Shown: piece after piece, positions 48,809 to 58,974 of the stretch | Numbering within the stretch: position 1 is the stretch's first letter | Layout of the letters: each line of letters begins with the position of its first letter | Source: Histomonas meleagridis 2922-C6/04-290x | Taxonomy: Eukaryota > Protista > Parabasalia | Length of the DNA: 64,000 nt | Reading direction: 5' to 3' | NCBI GenBank assembly: GCA_020184695.1 | Contig: JAANOX010000243.1 | Location: forward strand, 711,772-775,771 | Made by a program: the position numbers and the translations under genes | The notes under the pieces: generated by a model | The model's database searches: none | The model's input: only the letters and a program-made list of their open reading frames with translations | Told to the model about the DNA's origin: nothing

Positions 48809-50554
48809 TCAAATTCCGTCTTCGTTTAAAACATCTGTACCAATCTGTAGGTCAAAATCGCTTGTCTTTTCATAGAATTCATTTTTATCATACAATCTTA
48901 GCCCCCTTTTTCTTTGAATTAACAAATAAATCATTCCAACTCCCAAAAGAATTAGCGTAAAGATAGACAAAATGATATTAAACAACATTTTTTGTGATAT
49001 TGCAAATTTTGATTTGTCATTTATTATAAAGAACACATAAGAATTCGTGAAAAAATAGAAATATACCTCGGAAGCATAATAATATTCTGTGTAATAATAA
49101 GAAGTACCGAAAGTCACTAAAAGACTTGCAACCTCTATAAATGAATTATCATTTGTAATATAATATGAGAAAACTTTTGTAACAAAGTTCGTAAATATAT
49201 AAGAAAAGAAATTCGAATAAATGTTCGATAAAGAAATCGAAACAGTTAATGTTAATGTTAAAGTTCTTGTATATCTCGAATCGAAAAATGTGTTTGATGG
49301 AGAAAATGTAAGTGAGAAATAAATTGGAACTGTACAAATAGAACGTGAAAACATTGTAACAGTTGTCATGTTATATGTAGGTAACGTCGGTATATATGTC
49401 GGATATATACTTGAAAACTGAATTTTTTTATCAACTATATATGTATCTGATATATAAACTGGTTCATCTTCGCCAGTTAATGTACGTGTTATAGTTTGCG
49501 TTAAAAATGAAATTGTTTTATACTGTTCAAAAAAATGATATAAAGATTCATTATCATAACGAATTAAACAACCACTATTATTTGTTAATTCTTCAAAAAT
49601 ATCATCAGAATAAAAACGTGAATTAATAGAGAGAAAATTACTTTCATTTATTTGTCGATCAACAAATAAAATCGAATTTGTAAACTCATTTAAAAACCGA
49701 TCATTACTCGACTGATAAAAAACATCACCAAAAAGTAATATATCATAACCTTTATATCCATTAGCACAAGAATTATTTATAAAACAACAGTCTTGCGTGG
49801 AGAATGAAACATTAAGATTCCCATTAAACATAATATTAAACGAAGAATAATGCTCAGATGTATTATAAAATACAATGGATCCTCCGCCTCTTGGAAAAAA
49901 TGAACTTTGTGATGATTTGGTGGGATCATAATTAAATTTATTGATTGTTGATTCACATGTATTATTAATAAAAGAACAGCTAAAAATAAGTGCTAATGAG
50001 GATTCAATCCCAAGAGCACCACCAGAGAGTGATGAATGACAGTTTTCAAATTGACAATGATCAATAAGAATATCAGAAGTACTTTTGATATGAATGGCTC
50101 CATTAAGTCCAAGTGATATAGAAGAGTAAAAATTGGTTCCTTTCATAAAAACAAAATTGGAAAATGTGTTGCTATTGTCAATAGCAATGCTTCCTCCTTG
50201 GACAAAAGCAAGTGAATTATTAAAATTAGAGTTTAAGCATATAAAGCTACTTGAAAATAATGCTATTGATCCTCCTGAAGTTGCTAAACATTCGCTAAAA
50301 TTGGAATTATTAAGGATAAGTTGCGAATATTCAACAAATAATGCACCCCCGCAACCACCAGACGTGCCATGCATGATGGAATGAACATCATGGAAAATAC
50401 AATTGGATATATGGATAGATTCCCCAATAATATTTTTTTTGGAAGAAGAAAACTCAGGTGAAACGCTGTACAAATCAGTATCTGGTGAACTTTGATAATC
50501 AGAAGAGAAATATTTTGGTGTTTTAATGGTATAAAAAATTAGAGCAAGAATCAT
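48809..50554 (-). CDS. Pmp-like (GGA(I/L)...FxxN repeat) type I surface protein
   Basis: GGCGGALFV, SGGSIAL, QGGSIAI, SGGALGI and FINN repeats; S/T-rich stalk; C-terminal TM. ATG at 50554; the ORF track extends upstream into the tRNA via a non-ATG start. Confidence 0.8.
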   Translation of the reverse strand: MILALIFYTIKTPKYFSSDYQSSPDTDLYSVSPEFSSSKKNIIGESIHISNCIFHDVHSIMHGTSGGCGGALFVEYSQLILNNSNFSECLATSGGSIALFSSSFICLNSNFNNSLAFVQGGSIAIDNSNTFSNFVFMKGTNFYSSISLGLNGAIHIKSTSDILIDHCQFENCHSSLSGGALGIESSLALIFSCSFINNTCESTINKFNYDPTKSSQSSFFPRGGGSIVFYNTSEHYSSFNIMFNGNLNVSFSTQDCCFINNSCANGYKGYDILLFGDVFYQSSNDRFLNEFTNSILFVDRQINESNFLSINSRFYSDDIFEELTNNSGCLIRYDNESLYHFFEQYKTISFLTQTITRTLTGEDEPVYISDTYIVDKKIQFSSIYPTYIPTLPTYNMTTVTMFSRSICTVPIYFSLTFSPSNTFFDSRYTRTLTLTLTVSISLSNIYSNFFSYIFTNFVTKVFSYYITNDNSFIEVASLLVTFGTSYYYTEYYYASEVYFYFFTNSYVFFIINDKSKFAISQKMLFNIILSIFTLILLGVGMIYLLIQRKRGLRLYDKNEFYEKTSDFDLQIGTDVLNEDGI

Positions 50555-50592
50555 GAATATAAAACAAGCACTAATAAAAACGAAAAAATTAG

Positions 50593-50664
50593 TTCTCCCG
50601 GGAGGAATCGAACCTCCGTCCCGGGATTCAAAGTCCCATGTGCTAACCATTACACTACGGGAGA
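50593..50664 (-). tRNA. tRNA-Gln(TTG)
   Basis: TCTCCCG/CGGGAGA acceptor stem, anticodon arm TGGGA-CT TTG AA-TCCCG, GGAGG TTCGATT CCTCC T-arm, downstream T-run. Confidence 0.93.
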
Positions 50665-50827
50665 GAACTGAAATATATATATTTATTAAGTTAATAATAG
50701 AAATAAATCAATTTTTGAAATTATTTAGATCTTACAATTTTTTTTAACTTATTCCTTAAAAATATTTAAACAATTTATGTTTTAGAATGGAAAATTTTGA
50801 ATTTATAATGCAACAGGATTATATATA

Positions 50828-51478
50828 TTAAAGTGGCCTATCTTCAATTTCCTCAGCTTCGTTTTTATCATCGGCTTCCTTTGTTACTTTTTGTTGTCCA
50901 TCTTCCTCTTCCTTTGTTAATTTTTGTTGTCCATCTTCCTCTTTTTCATTTTTAGCTTCGGTTTCTTTTGTTGCGCTTTCAACATCTATTTCCTTTGTTG
51001 TGTTGTTATCTTTCACCTCTTTAGTTGTATTGATTACTTCAGCTTCCTTTGTTGTATTATTGTCTTCTACTTCTTTTGTTACGTTTTGGGTTTGAATTTT
51101 CTTTTCGCTTGGGATAGGAGTAAAATCTTTAAAGCCACGAATATTCAGAAGAGCCACAATTTCATCCTCTGTCATCTTACTAACGTCTATTGTTTCAACT
51201 GCAAAATCTTCTGAATCCAAAAATATCAATTTTGGAATACGCGATTCATATATAAATTCAAAACCAACGCAATTCTGTAGGCGCGAGACAATTTTAGCAA
51301 CTTGAGGATATAGTTTTAACCTCCGTTTAATTGGTAAATTAAATCTTGCTTTGGCATACATTTGTCCTTCAACTTTATCTTCTACAACAACTTCATCATC
51401 TGATAGTTCATCCCAGAAATCTTTCTCCTCGTCTGAGCGTACAACTTTAAAAGTAAGAAGAAAACATAATAAAAACAT
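50828..51478 (-). CDS. Sep15/SelM (SelF/SelM)-like secretory-pathway protein lacking the CxU/CxxU motif, acidic repeat tail
   Basis: Signal peptide MFLLCFLLTF; RLKLYPQVAK...PKLIFLD....VETIDVSKMTEDEIVALLNIRGF matches the Sep15/SelM domain pattern. Confidence 0.6.
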   Translation of the reverse strand: MFLLCFLLTFKVVRSDEEKDFWDELSDDEVVVEDKVEGQMYAKARFNLPIKRRLKLYPQVAKIVSRLQNCVGFEFIYESRIPKLIFLDSEDFAVETIDVSKMTEDEIVALLNIRGFKDFTPIPSEKKIQTQNVTKEVEDNNTTKEAEVINTTKEVKDNNTTKEIDVESATKETEAKNEKEEDGQQKLTKEEEDGQQKVTKEADDKNEAEEIEDRPL

Positions 51479-52218
51479 GCTTCCACAATGTGATGTAAAG
51501 CAATTAAATATCAAAAGTGTCATTAATCAGTCTTCCTGTACTCAAAACGGTCGCCGCAGAAAAAATATTGTTTTGTTAACAATACAGATTTATAATTTTA
51601 ATTTATAAACCAAAAAAATATTTATAGTTATTAATGCTCTTTGTTAAATACTTAATTATTTATCTCAAATATTTTTATGATTCATCATCAATTACACTCA
51701 AAAATATAAGGTCGAAATCTTTTGATTTCATTTTTTTAAATCATATTAAATTATATTATTTTAAATTTAAATTATATTATTATTATAATAAACAACAAAA
51801 TTCCGATTGATGGCACTATAATATTTTAGTGAATTATTTGATTTGTAGATGAAAATGTTTATTATGAGCAAAAACGATCAAAAAGCATAAAAATGATATA
51901 TAAAGCCAAAATAAGAAGTTTTAAAATATAGTTTTTATATCATTGTTCATATTCTAACATAATTTTTTTGATCAAATATATAATGTTCGTATATATTAAT
52001 AAATCTAATAAATGATATGATAATATTATGAATTCACTCGCAATGTACAATTAATTTTTTTTTTTCAAATTTTTTTGCATATCTTTCTGGAATTTTATTT
52101 CAAAAATTTTCTACAACATTTTGGTGTTGTATATTTGATTTTATCGTTTACATTCATTGCTGAATTCATTTTATGTTTGAAGTCTTTCAAGTTTTAATAT
52201 GTGAAAATTAGAAAAAAA

Positions 52219-52300
52219 TGGTACCAGTGGGGTTCGAACCCACGCACCTCTCGGTAATGGGACTTGAATCCATCGCCTTAGACCACTCGGCCATAGTACC
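52219..52300 (-). tRNA. tRNA-Leu(CAA)
   Basis: GGTACTA/TGGTACC acceptor stem, discriminator A, anticodon loop TT-CAA-GT, long variable arm, GTGGG TTCGAAC CCCAC. Confidence 0.92.
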
Positions 52301-52486
52301 ACATTGTTATCGCTCTTTTATTTTAAGGTAAGATCATGTTTATTCTGAATCTGTGGAATTTATCTATTATTAAGTGTTGTTTACTTATTCATAGTGAGAG
52401 ATAATAACATTAATGTTGAATTTTAATTTAAAATAATATCATTATCGGATGAAAAACAAAAAAATGTATGTAATTAAAATAAAAAA

Positions 52487-52560
52487 TGCACCTACTGGGA
52501 CTCGAACCCAGGACCTTCGCGTCATAAGCACGATACTCTAACCGACTAAGCTATAAGTGC
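52487..52560 (-). tRNA. tRNA-Ile(TAT)
   Basis: GCACTTA/TAGGTGC acceptor stem, anticodon arm TCGTG-CT TAT GA-CGCGA, CTGGG TTCGAGT CCCAG, intronless. Confidence 0.92.
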
Positions 52561-52997
52561 TTGTTGATATTTTTCATTATAACAAATTAATGTTATTTTT
52601 AAAAATGAAAAGAGTTAGTTTACTCACACAAATAATCACATACAATAAAATTAATTTACAAAAATTACTCATTTTTTATTTTTATGACTTTTCTTTTGTT
52701 TTAACTTGATTTAACATTTTTCTTTAATAATTACATATGATTAAATTTATTCAATAATTTTCTCTTCATATGAATAAACAGCTGTTTGATGTTTAACAAT
52801 TGGCAAATTACTATTATGTGTGAAATATTTTTGAATATGTTCCTATGTTGAATGATTTAGATCAACATCAATTTCTTTTGTTTAAAATTTTCAATTTATG
52901 ATCAGAAAACTATTTCTTATTCTCTAAATTAAACTGCCTTCACTTTAGAAACACTAAATTTTTTTTTAAAAAAAAATCACACAAATATATTATTTTA

Positions 52998-55670
52998 TTA
53001 CTCTTCTTCTTCTTCATTTTCGGTTTCTTTTAACTTTTCCTTTTTCTCCATTTCCAACATACATTTAACCACAGATATGCAATCAAAAGGAACATCAAAT
53101 TCGTTCACTGACAAAAAGTCCAAACCCAAATCGAAACAAATTTTAATTGATTCTTCATCGCCAAAACTTCCGAATGCTCCAACATTTATATCTATATCCA
53201 ATTTATTCATTTTTCTCAATGCCTTTTTTATCATTTTTCCTATACCATTTTTATCCACAGTTCTAAAAGGAGAATTTTCATATAAATTTTTGGTGATGAA
53301 ATACTGAACGAATTTTTCTTCAGCGATTTCTTTCCTGAAACCGAAAACGTTTTCAGTTAATTTATCCAAATCGAACGATATAAAATCGGATTCTTTTGAT
53401 ATTACATCGATAATCCAAATCGAATTTAAATTATCAATTATTGAACCGATTTTACATTCGAAATTTTCGATTTTTTTATTAATTTTTTCTTTAATGAATT
53501 TTATTTCATTTATATCATTCACAGATGGAATTAATATTTGTATTATAGGTTGAATTCCATGTTCATCAGCGATTTTAGCTCCTTTTATTATCGAGTTCAA
53601 GACTATTTCATTTAGAATCGAAATATCAAAAAATAAATTTTTTTCATTATAATTTTTTTCAAGATTTTCAATAAAATTCAATTCTTTTTGTTTTATCTCT
53701 AAAATTTCTTTATCGATTTCAAGTTCTAAATCAACTCTTTGTTTAAGATAAGCAATTTCTTCAATTAACTCATATTTATTACCAAAGTTCCAATATTTCC
53801 ATTCTGGAAGTTTGAAATATATCGGATAATTTTCAGCAAATAATTTTGCAAATTCTTCCGAAATTATATTTTCTAATTCGGAAGTATCAATTTTATCGAT
53901 TAAACATTTCTTTAATAAATTCATTTTTTCGTCATCTAAAAATAATGATTCGATTTGGAAAATACCAATTCCATCAGCGCCGAAATATTTTGCTTTTTTA
54001 ATATCATTTATATTTGAAGAGTTCATCATAATTTTCATGTTATTCGTTTTGTCTTTTAATTTATTATCTTTCCGAACTTCATTTGCATAATCAATGATTT
54101 CTTTTAAATATGAATGTTCTTCAAATGGAATATTAATTGTGTTTAATTTAGTATCATAAATAAATCCATTGATTCCATCAATAGATATAATATCTCCTTC
54201 ATTAAATATTTTATCATTAATTTTTATGTTGTTTTCTTCTCGATTTATTTCAAGTGTATTAATTCCATATATTGAAGGAATACCAAAAATCTTCGAAATT
54301 TTATTATACTTCGAATTTATATTATTCGTTTTAGTTATGAATCCTTTCGAATGATAAATTATCGACAAATTATTTCGATTGATTTTATCATTTTCATTAA
54401 CATATATATAATCGATATTCTTCTCGATAAATTCTTTTGCTTTTTCACTTGTTAAACATATAGAGCCTACAACAATAGCTTTATATGAACTTTTACATGG
54501 AATTCGTGTATTGGAATGTGAACGTACTTCTTCCGCTTTAAACATAGGCGAAAGAATACTCCGTAATTCCATAACATTAATTTTATTAATAGCTTCCTCA
54601 GAAGAAATCGAATTTTCAAGAATTAAATCAGCAATGCATTTAGCATTAGCTCGTGATGAACATTTTGATGGTTGAACTTTAAGGATAAATAGTTCGCCAT
54701 CATCAATAACAAAATCAACTTTTATTATACATTTAAAATATTTCTCGAGTTTATCAACAATATCTTTAAGTGAAAAAAAAAGTTCTTTTGATGACTTTTC
54801 TAATGATGAAAGTGGCTGTGGTGGTGCCAAATGTTTCTTAGGCTCAAGAAAAAGGTCTCCTGGGAAATAACTCCCGAGAAAATTCCTTTCACCATTGCCT
54901 GGATTACGCGAAAGTGCAATTCCTGTGGATGAATTGAATGAATTGCCATATACCATTTCCATGATAATGACAGAAATTCCATTCGATTCACTCTCAAGAG
55001 GGTTGTCTTTTAGATAGTCATTATATTTATCTGATTTTAATGATGAGTAAATGGAAATTATGGATGATTTTAATTGATCAATGGGTGATCGTTGTAAAAT
55101 GGTGGGATCTTTGGAATCAAATATTGATTTAATTCTAGCACAGATTTCTTTGAAGTCATTGGTTAAAAGTTCTTTTTTTCCAGTTCTTTGTTCATTAAAG
55201 ATTCTGTCAATTTCATTTTGTGGAATATTTAAAAATGCTTTTCCGTATGTGATTAGGAACGTTGCATAGTTAATCCATTGAGTTTTTTCATCTATATTTT
55301 CATCAATGATTGAATCATTATAGCCAATGTTTTCGATTGTTGGAAAAAGATTAGTTACAAACGAATCTGGGCTTGGACGACAACTGAGGAAAAGTGGTTT
55401 TTCTTTGTTATTTAATGCTTTTTCACTATATTCTTCCATCAAATGAATTTGTTCCTCTAATTGATTCCATACATCGTTTGGAACTTCACCACCTCTTAAA
55501 AAAATTGAGCTAACTTCCTTTGAAATTAGAATTCCATTTGGAATTTTTATTCCTAATTTGAGAGTTTGAATAAGATATTTCCCTTTTGAACCAAACGTTT
55601 CTTTTAGCTTGGATTCTTCAATAGTAATTGGTTTATCGAAAGGGTTTAATGGGAAAACATATTTGCTCAT
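52998..55670 (-). CDS. Pyruvate phosphate dikinase-like protein, full length (890 aa), catalytic residues degenerate
   Basis: Collinear with PPDK throughout: FGSKGKYL, EMVYGN..STGIALSRNPGNGE, GDIISIDGINGFIY, FGADGIGI, ENSPFRTVDKNGIGKMI, GLDFLSV. The catalytic His and Cys motifs are absent. Confidence 0.8.
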   Translation of the reverse strand: MSKYVFPLNPFDKPITIEESKLKETFGSKGKYLIQTLKLGIKIPNGILISKEVSSIFLRGGEVPNDVWNQLEEQIHLMEEYSEKALNNKEKPLFLSCRPSPDSFVTNLFPTIENIGYNDSIIDENIDEKTQWINYATFLITYGKAFLNIPQNEIDRIFNEQRTGKKELLTNDFKEICARIKSIFDSKDPTILQRSPIDQLKSSIISIYSSLKSDKYNDYLKDNPLESESNGISVIIMEMVYGNSFNSSTGIALSRNPGNGERNFLGSYFPGDLFLEPKKHLAPPQPLSSLEKSSKELFFSLKDIVDKLEKYFKCIIKVDFVIDDGELFILKVQPSKCSSRANAKCIADLILENSISSEEAINKINVMELRSILSPMFKAEEVRSHSNTRIPCKSSYKAIVVGSICLTSEKAKEFIEKNIDYIYVNENDKINRNNLSIIYHSKGFITKTNNINSKYNKISKIFGIPSIYGINTLEINREENNIKINDKIFNEGDIISIDGINGFIYDTKLNTINIPFEEHSYLKEIIDYANEVRKDNKLKDKTNNMKIMMNSSNINDIKKAKYFGADGIGIFQIESLFLDDEKMNLLKKCLIDKIDTSELENIISEEFAKLFAENYPIYFKLPEWKYWNFGNKYELIEEIAYLKQRVDLELEIDKEILEIKQKELNFIENLEKNYNEKNLFFDISILNEIVLNSIIKGAKIADEHGIQPIIQILIPSVNDINEIKFIKEKINKKIENFECKIGSIIDNLNSIWIIDVISKESDFISFDLDKLTENVFGFRKEIAEEKFVQYFITKNLYENSPFRTVDKNGIGKMIKKALRKMNKLDIDINVGAFGSFGDEESIKICFDLGLDFLSVNEFDVPFDCISVVKCMLEMEKKEKLKETENEEEEE

Positions 55671-56165
55671 AAAAAATAACGAGTTTCATGTTTTAATAGT
55701 TTATTTTTTACAATGATGCAAAAAAGAAAACATCGAATCACTACTCTAAAATGTAATAATCAGAAGGTTTAAAAACTGTACTTATATGCATTGTAGTCAA
55801 GAAATGGTTTCATGAAATTTTATATATTTATGATTACTATAAAATAATTTTAATATCTTTACATTTTATGCATTAGCTAGCAACGAAGATATAAAAAACA
55901 AATTTTATATTTATTGAATTTTGATTTAGAAGACACAAACGATGAAATTCATGCTATAAAAAATACTATAAAAATATTGAAAGCGAATTTCACATGAACT
56001 ACTTCAAAAAAATGTAACTTATTAAATTATTATTAAATAAGAAACGTCTTTAGAACACTTGCAGATATCGAATATAATTACATTATCACTAATATTATAA
56101 AACAGCAAATTATCCAGAGTCACGTTGTTATGAACTATTTTGGTTGACATTTTTTACAAGTCACT

Positions 56166-56590
56166 TTATAACATTGTTTTTACATGTACTCTTCCATGAG
56201 TATATTTATTCAAAAGTAAAATATTACAATGTATTTTGTGACTTTGATGATTTTCATAAGTTTGTGTGCTTATATTAACTTTTGTTTTGATATTTTCCTT
56301 TTTATTGTCTTCTATATACACTTGAATTTCGAGTTGGTTTTGTTTATCTGTAAAACTATTCTCATTACTTATCGAAGGCCAAGAAGTAGCATTCAGAGAA
56401 GAAGATTCTGAATGAGAGTTTTCTTTTGCACCTTTTTCATGAAGTAGATTTTCTATGATGGTATAACCATTTTGATGTGCGATTTGAATTGCTGTTAAAT
56501 ATTATTAAAAAAAAAATACTAATTTAAAACATATTCCAAATTATTAAAACATATTAGAAATTATTAAAACATATTTTAAATTATTAAAAT
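56166..56590 (-). pseudogene. Orphan terminal ankyrin segment plus 20-bp-unit spacer, paralogous to the 3' end of the 15.8-17.8 kb gene
   Basis: LTAIQIAHQNGYTIIENLLHEKGAKEN...KTKVNISTQTYENH versus TEIQIAQQNGNKEIVNLLYEKSTKEN...KTKVDINIQTYENH. Preceded by the same atatgttttaataattt units; no ATG and no upstream gene body. Confidence 0.65.
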
Positions 56591-56936
56591 AATTATTAAT
56601 ATTGTTCCAAGTCTGGATTTCAGGTGACTCTATGTATTTTTATGTGTAAAGGACACCTTAAGGATAAATAAACGGTCGTTTTTATACGTTAAATTCAAAG
56701 ACCCTATCTTAGATATAGATCTTTTTGTTACAGATTTTGCTTTTGATACGTCTACCAATCTTGATGACACATTTCTAGGTCTTAAACATTAGGAAATAGC
56801 TCGATTGAGAAAAAATTAAAACCTCATTTTTTCCATATACTTTTGAAGTTCTTTCCAAAAACTTTGGGGTTTAAATTTTATGTATGAAGAAGGTATAATT
56901 CGCTATTAATTTTTTTATGAATTTTCGTTTATTAAC

Positions 56937-57221
56937 CTAACCAACTATGGGTGAATCGTTATTTGCAAGAAGTGATGAACCATCGTCTTTTTTATTGCCT
57001 TGTTCAGTGTAAGAAGCCAAACTTGGTGGTAATGGGTTATCTTGTTGTTGATCTCCTTGTTGACTTTTCATTGCCCAATCAGCTGAGTCGAAAAATTTTA
57101 CTTTATCACGACGTCCACGAGCCCTTGGATTTGCTTTAAGCCTTCCTAAGTTGGGTGTCCGTTCTTGTGGTTGCTCTTCTTGTTCTGTGCTTGCTTGTTC
57201 GCCTCCACCAAGGATCGACAT
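56937..57221 (-). CDS. ENSA: Endosulfine/ARPP-19-family PP2A inhibitor
   Basis: KVKFFDSADWAM Greatwall-site motif in a 94-aa disordered protein. Confidence 0.8.
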   Translation of the reverse strand: MSILGGGEQASTEQEEQPQERTPNLGRLKANPRARGRRDKVKFFDSADWAMKSQQGDQQQDNPLPPSLASYTEQGNKKDDGSSLLANNDSPIVG

Positions 57222-57285
57222 TATGAAAAGTGACAGTGCTTCTTGACAAAAATTGAATCGAATAAACGGTTATCATACATCGTAA

Positions 57286-58767
57286 ATGCAATGCGAACAA
57301 CAAGACACAGATAAGAAAAAAGAGTCTTTATTCAACACATGCGATTGCTTTGTAATAGTAATTGTTAGTTTTGTTGCTCTCTTTACTAGACTTTGGATGA
57401 TTGCTGAACCAGATCAAGTAATTTTCGATGAAGTTCATTTTGGTAATTTTTCAAGCTGGTACATCAAAAATGAATTTCACTTTGATATTCACCCACCACT
57501 TGGTAAAATGATAATGGCAGGAATCGCGAAAGCTACACAATATAAAGGTGATATCGAGTATGCATCTAAATTTGGAGAACCTTATGGGATCAACGAATTA
57601 TTTTATGTTAGTCAACGTATTACACCAGCAATTTTTTCTGCAATGACTTCACCACTTTTATTTGCAGCAGCTCGTTGTCTTTCATTATCTACTTTTTCTT
57701 CAGCTATGATAGGACTTATTCTCACATCTGATATCTCACTTATAGTAGAAGGAAAGTTTATATTATCTGATGGAATTCTTCACTTTTTTGTAGCTCTTCA
57801 TATTTTTGCTCTATGCCATTTTCTTGTCCGACCAACCTTTATTAATACTCTTATTGATGGCATTACACTTGGGTGTGCATTTTCATGCAAATATACCGCA
57901 TTAGGACTTCTTGCGGTTGATGGCATCACACAAATTGTTTGGATATTCCGCACATTTCCATCAATTGTTTCTATTATTAAGCGGGCACTTTCGCTATTAG
58001 TTCCTGCGTTTTCAGTTTTATATGGAGTTTGGGTCATTCATTTCATAATAACGCCATACACAGGATATAACAGTTTTTACTTACAACAACAACATCAACA
58101 TACTATATTTGATCGACAAAAACTTAATTACACTTATTGGGGCGATCGCATGATTCGATCTCCATTAATAATTCGAATCTTAAATTGGAACGAGGTTATG
58201 AATGGTGTCAACATGCGTAGTGCTATTCCTCATATATCAGAATCTCAACCCATTAATTGGCCGCTCTTCATGGATCGATGGGTTTTCTTTTACTCTGACA
58301 ACGTTAGCAGAGAGATAAATTGTATGGCGAATCCACTTTTGTATTGGTTTGTTTTCATCGGCATCGTCTTAACGGTCATTCTGGCTCCGTTTAGGGTGCC
58401 CGATTATCGGAACGCACTTTTTACTTGGGGTTGGGCGGTTTCATATTTTCCATTTATTTTGGTCCCAAGAACTATGTTTTTATATCATTATTTAATTCCT
58501 TTAATGTTCGGTATTATGAACTTAGTGACGATTTTGGATAATATGTTTAGTATGAAACATAAATATGGAGTAATTGCAGCAGTCGCTTTGGTGTGTTTCT
58601 TGTCTTACGCTTTCTTCTCTCCAATGGCTTATGGAACACCTTGTCCAGATTGTAAATATTCAAGAGTGTGGACTGACAGATGGAGACAAGGCCCACCGAA
58701 ACCAATGAATTTGTATGGTGTGGAAATGTTTAACACAACAGAGAAGCTCCGTCAACTGCCTTTGTAA
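57286..58767 (+). CDS. PMT: Dolichyl-phosphate-mannose:protein O-mannosyltransferase (no MIR domain)
   Basis: VIFDEVHFGNF, FDIHPPLGKM, SCKYTAL, ESQPINWP, YFPFILVPRTMFLYHYLIPL. Confidence 0.9.
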   Translation: MQCEQQDTDKKKESLFNTCDCFVIVIVSFVALFTRLWMIAEPDQVIFDEVHFGNFSSWYIKNEFHFDIHPPLGKMIMAGIAKATQYKGDIEYASKFGEPYGINELFYVSQRITPAIFSAMTSPLLFAAARCLSLSTFSSAMIGLILTSDISLIVEGKFILSDGILHFFVALHIFALCHFLVRPTFINTLIDGITLGCAFSCKYTALGLLAVDGITQIVWIFRTFPSIVSIIKRALSLLVPAFSVLYGVWVIHFIITPYTGYNSFYLQQQHQHTIFDRQKLNYTYWGDRMIRSPLIIRILNWNEVMNGVNMRSAIPHISESQPINWPLFMDRWVFFYSDNVSREINCMANPLLYWFVFIGIVLTVILAPFRVPDYRNALFTWGWAVSYFPFILVPRTMFLYHYLIPLMFGIMNLVTILDNMFSMKHKYGVIAAVALVCFLSYAFFSPMAYGTPCPDCKYSRVWTDRWRQGPPKPMNLYGVEMFNTTEKLRQLPL

Positions 58768-58974
58768 ACAAAATGAATTTTTTTTTGACTTTATTATTTA
58801 AATAACACAAAATTTCAGTAACCAATTTCGATACAAGAAAAGTGGCAATTGGCTTTTTAAATGAATTCAATTTTGTCAAGCTTTGAAATCTGACCTGTTT
58901 TCTATTAAAAAGTTATTTTTTCCAAGCGCACACAAAAATTGTGGTAAAAAGGTTTCAGGCTGTTTCCATGTCAT

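Noticed and set aside
50555-50650. ORF-track N-terminal extension of the Pmp-like gene (MVSTWDFESRDGG...)
   Set aside because: It is a non-ATG read-through of the tRNA-Gln gene; the real start is taken as ATG 50554.
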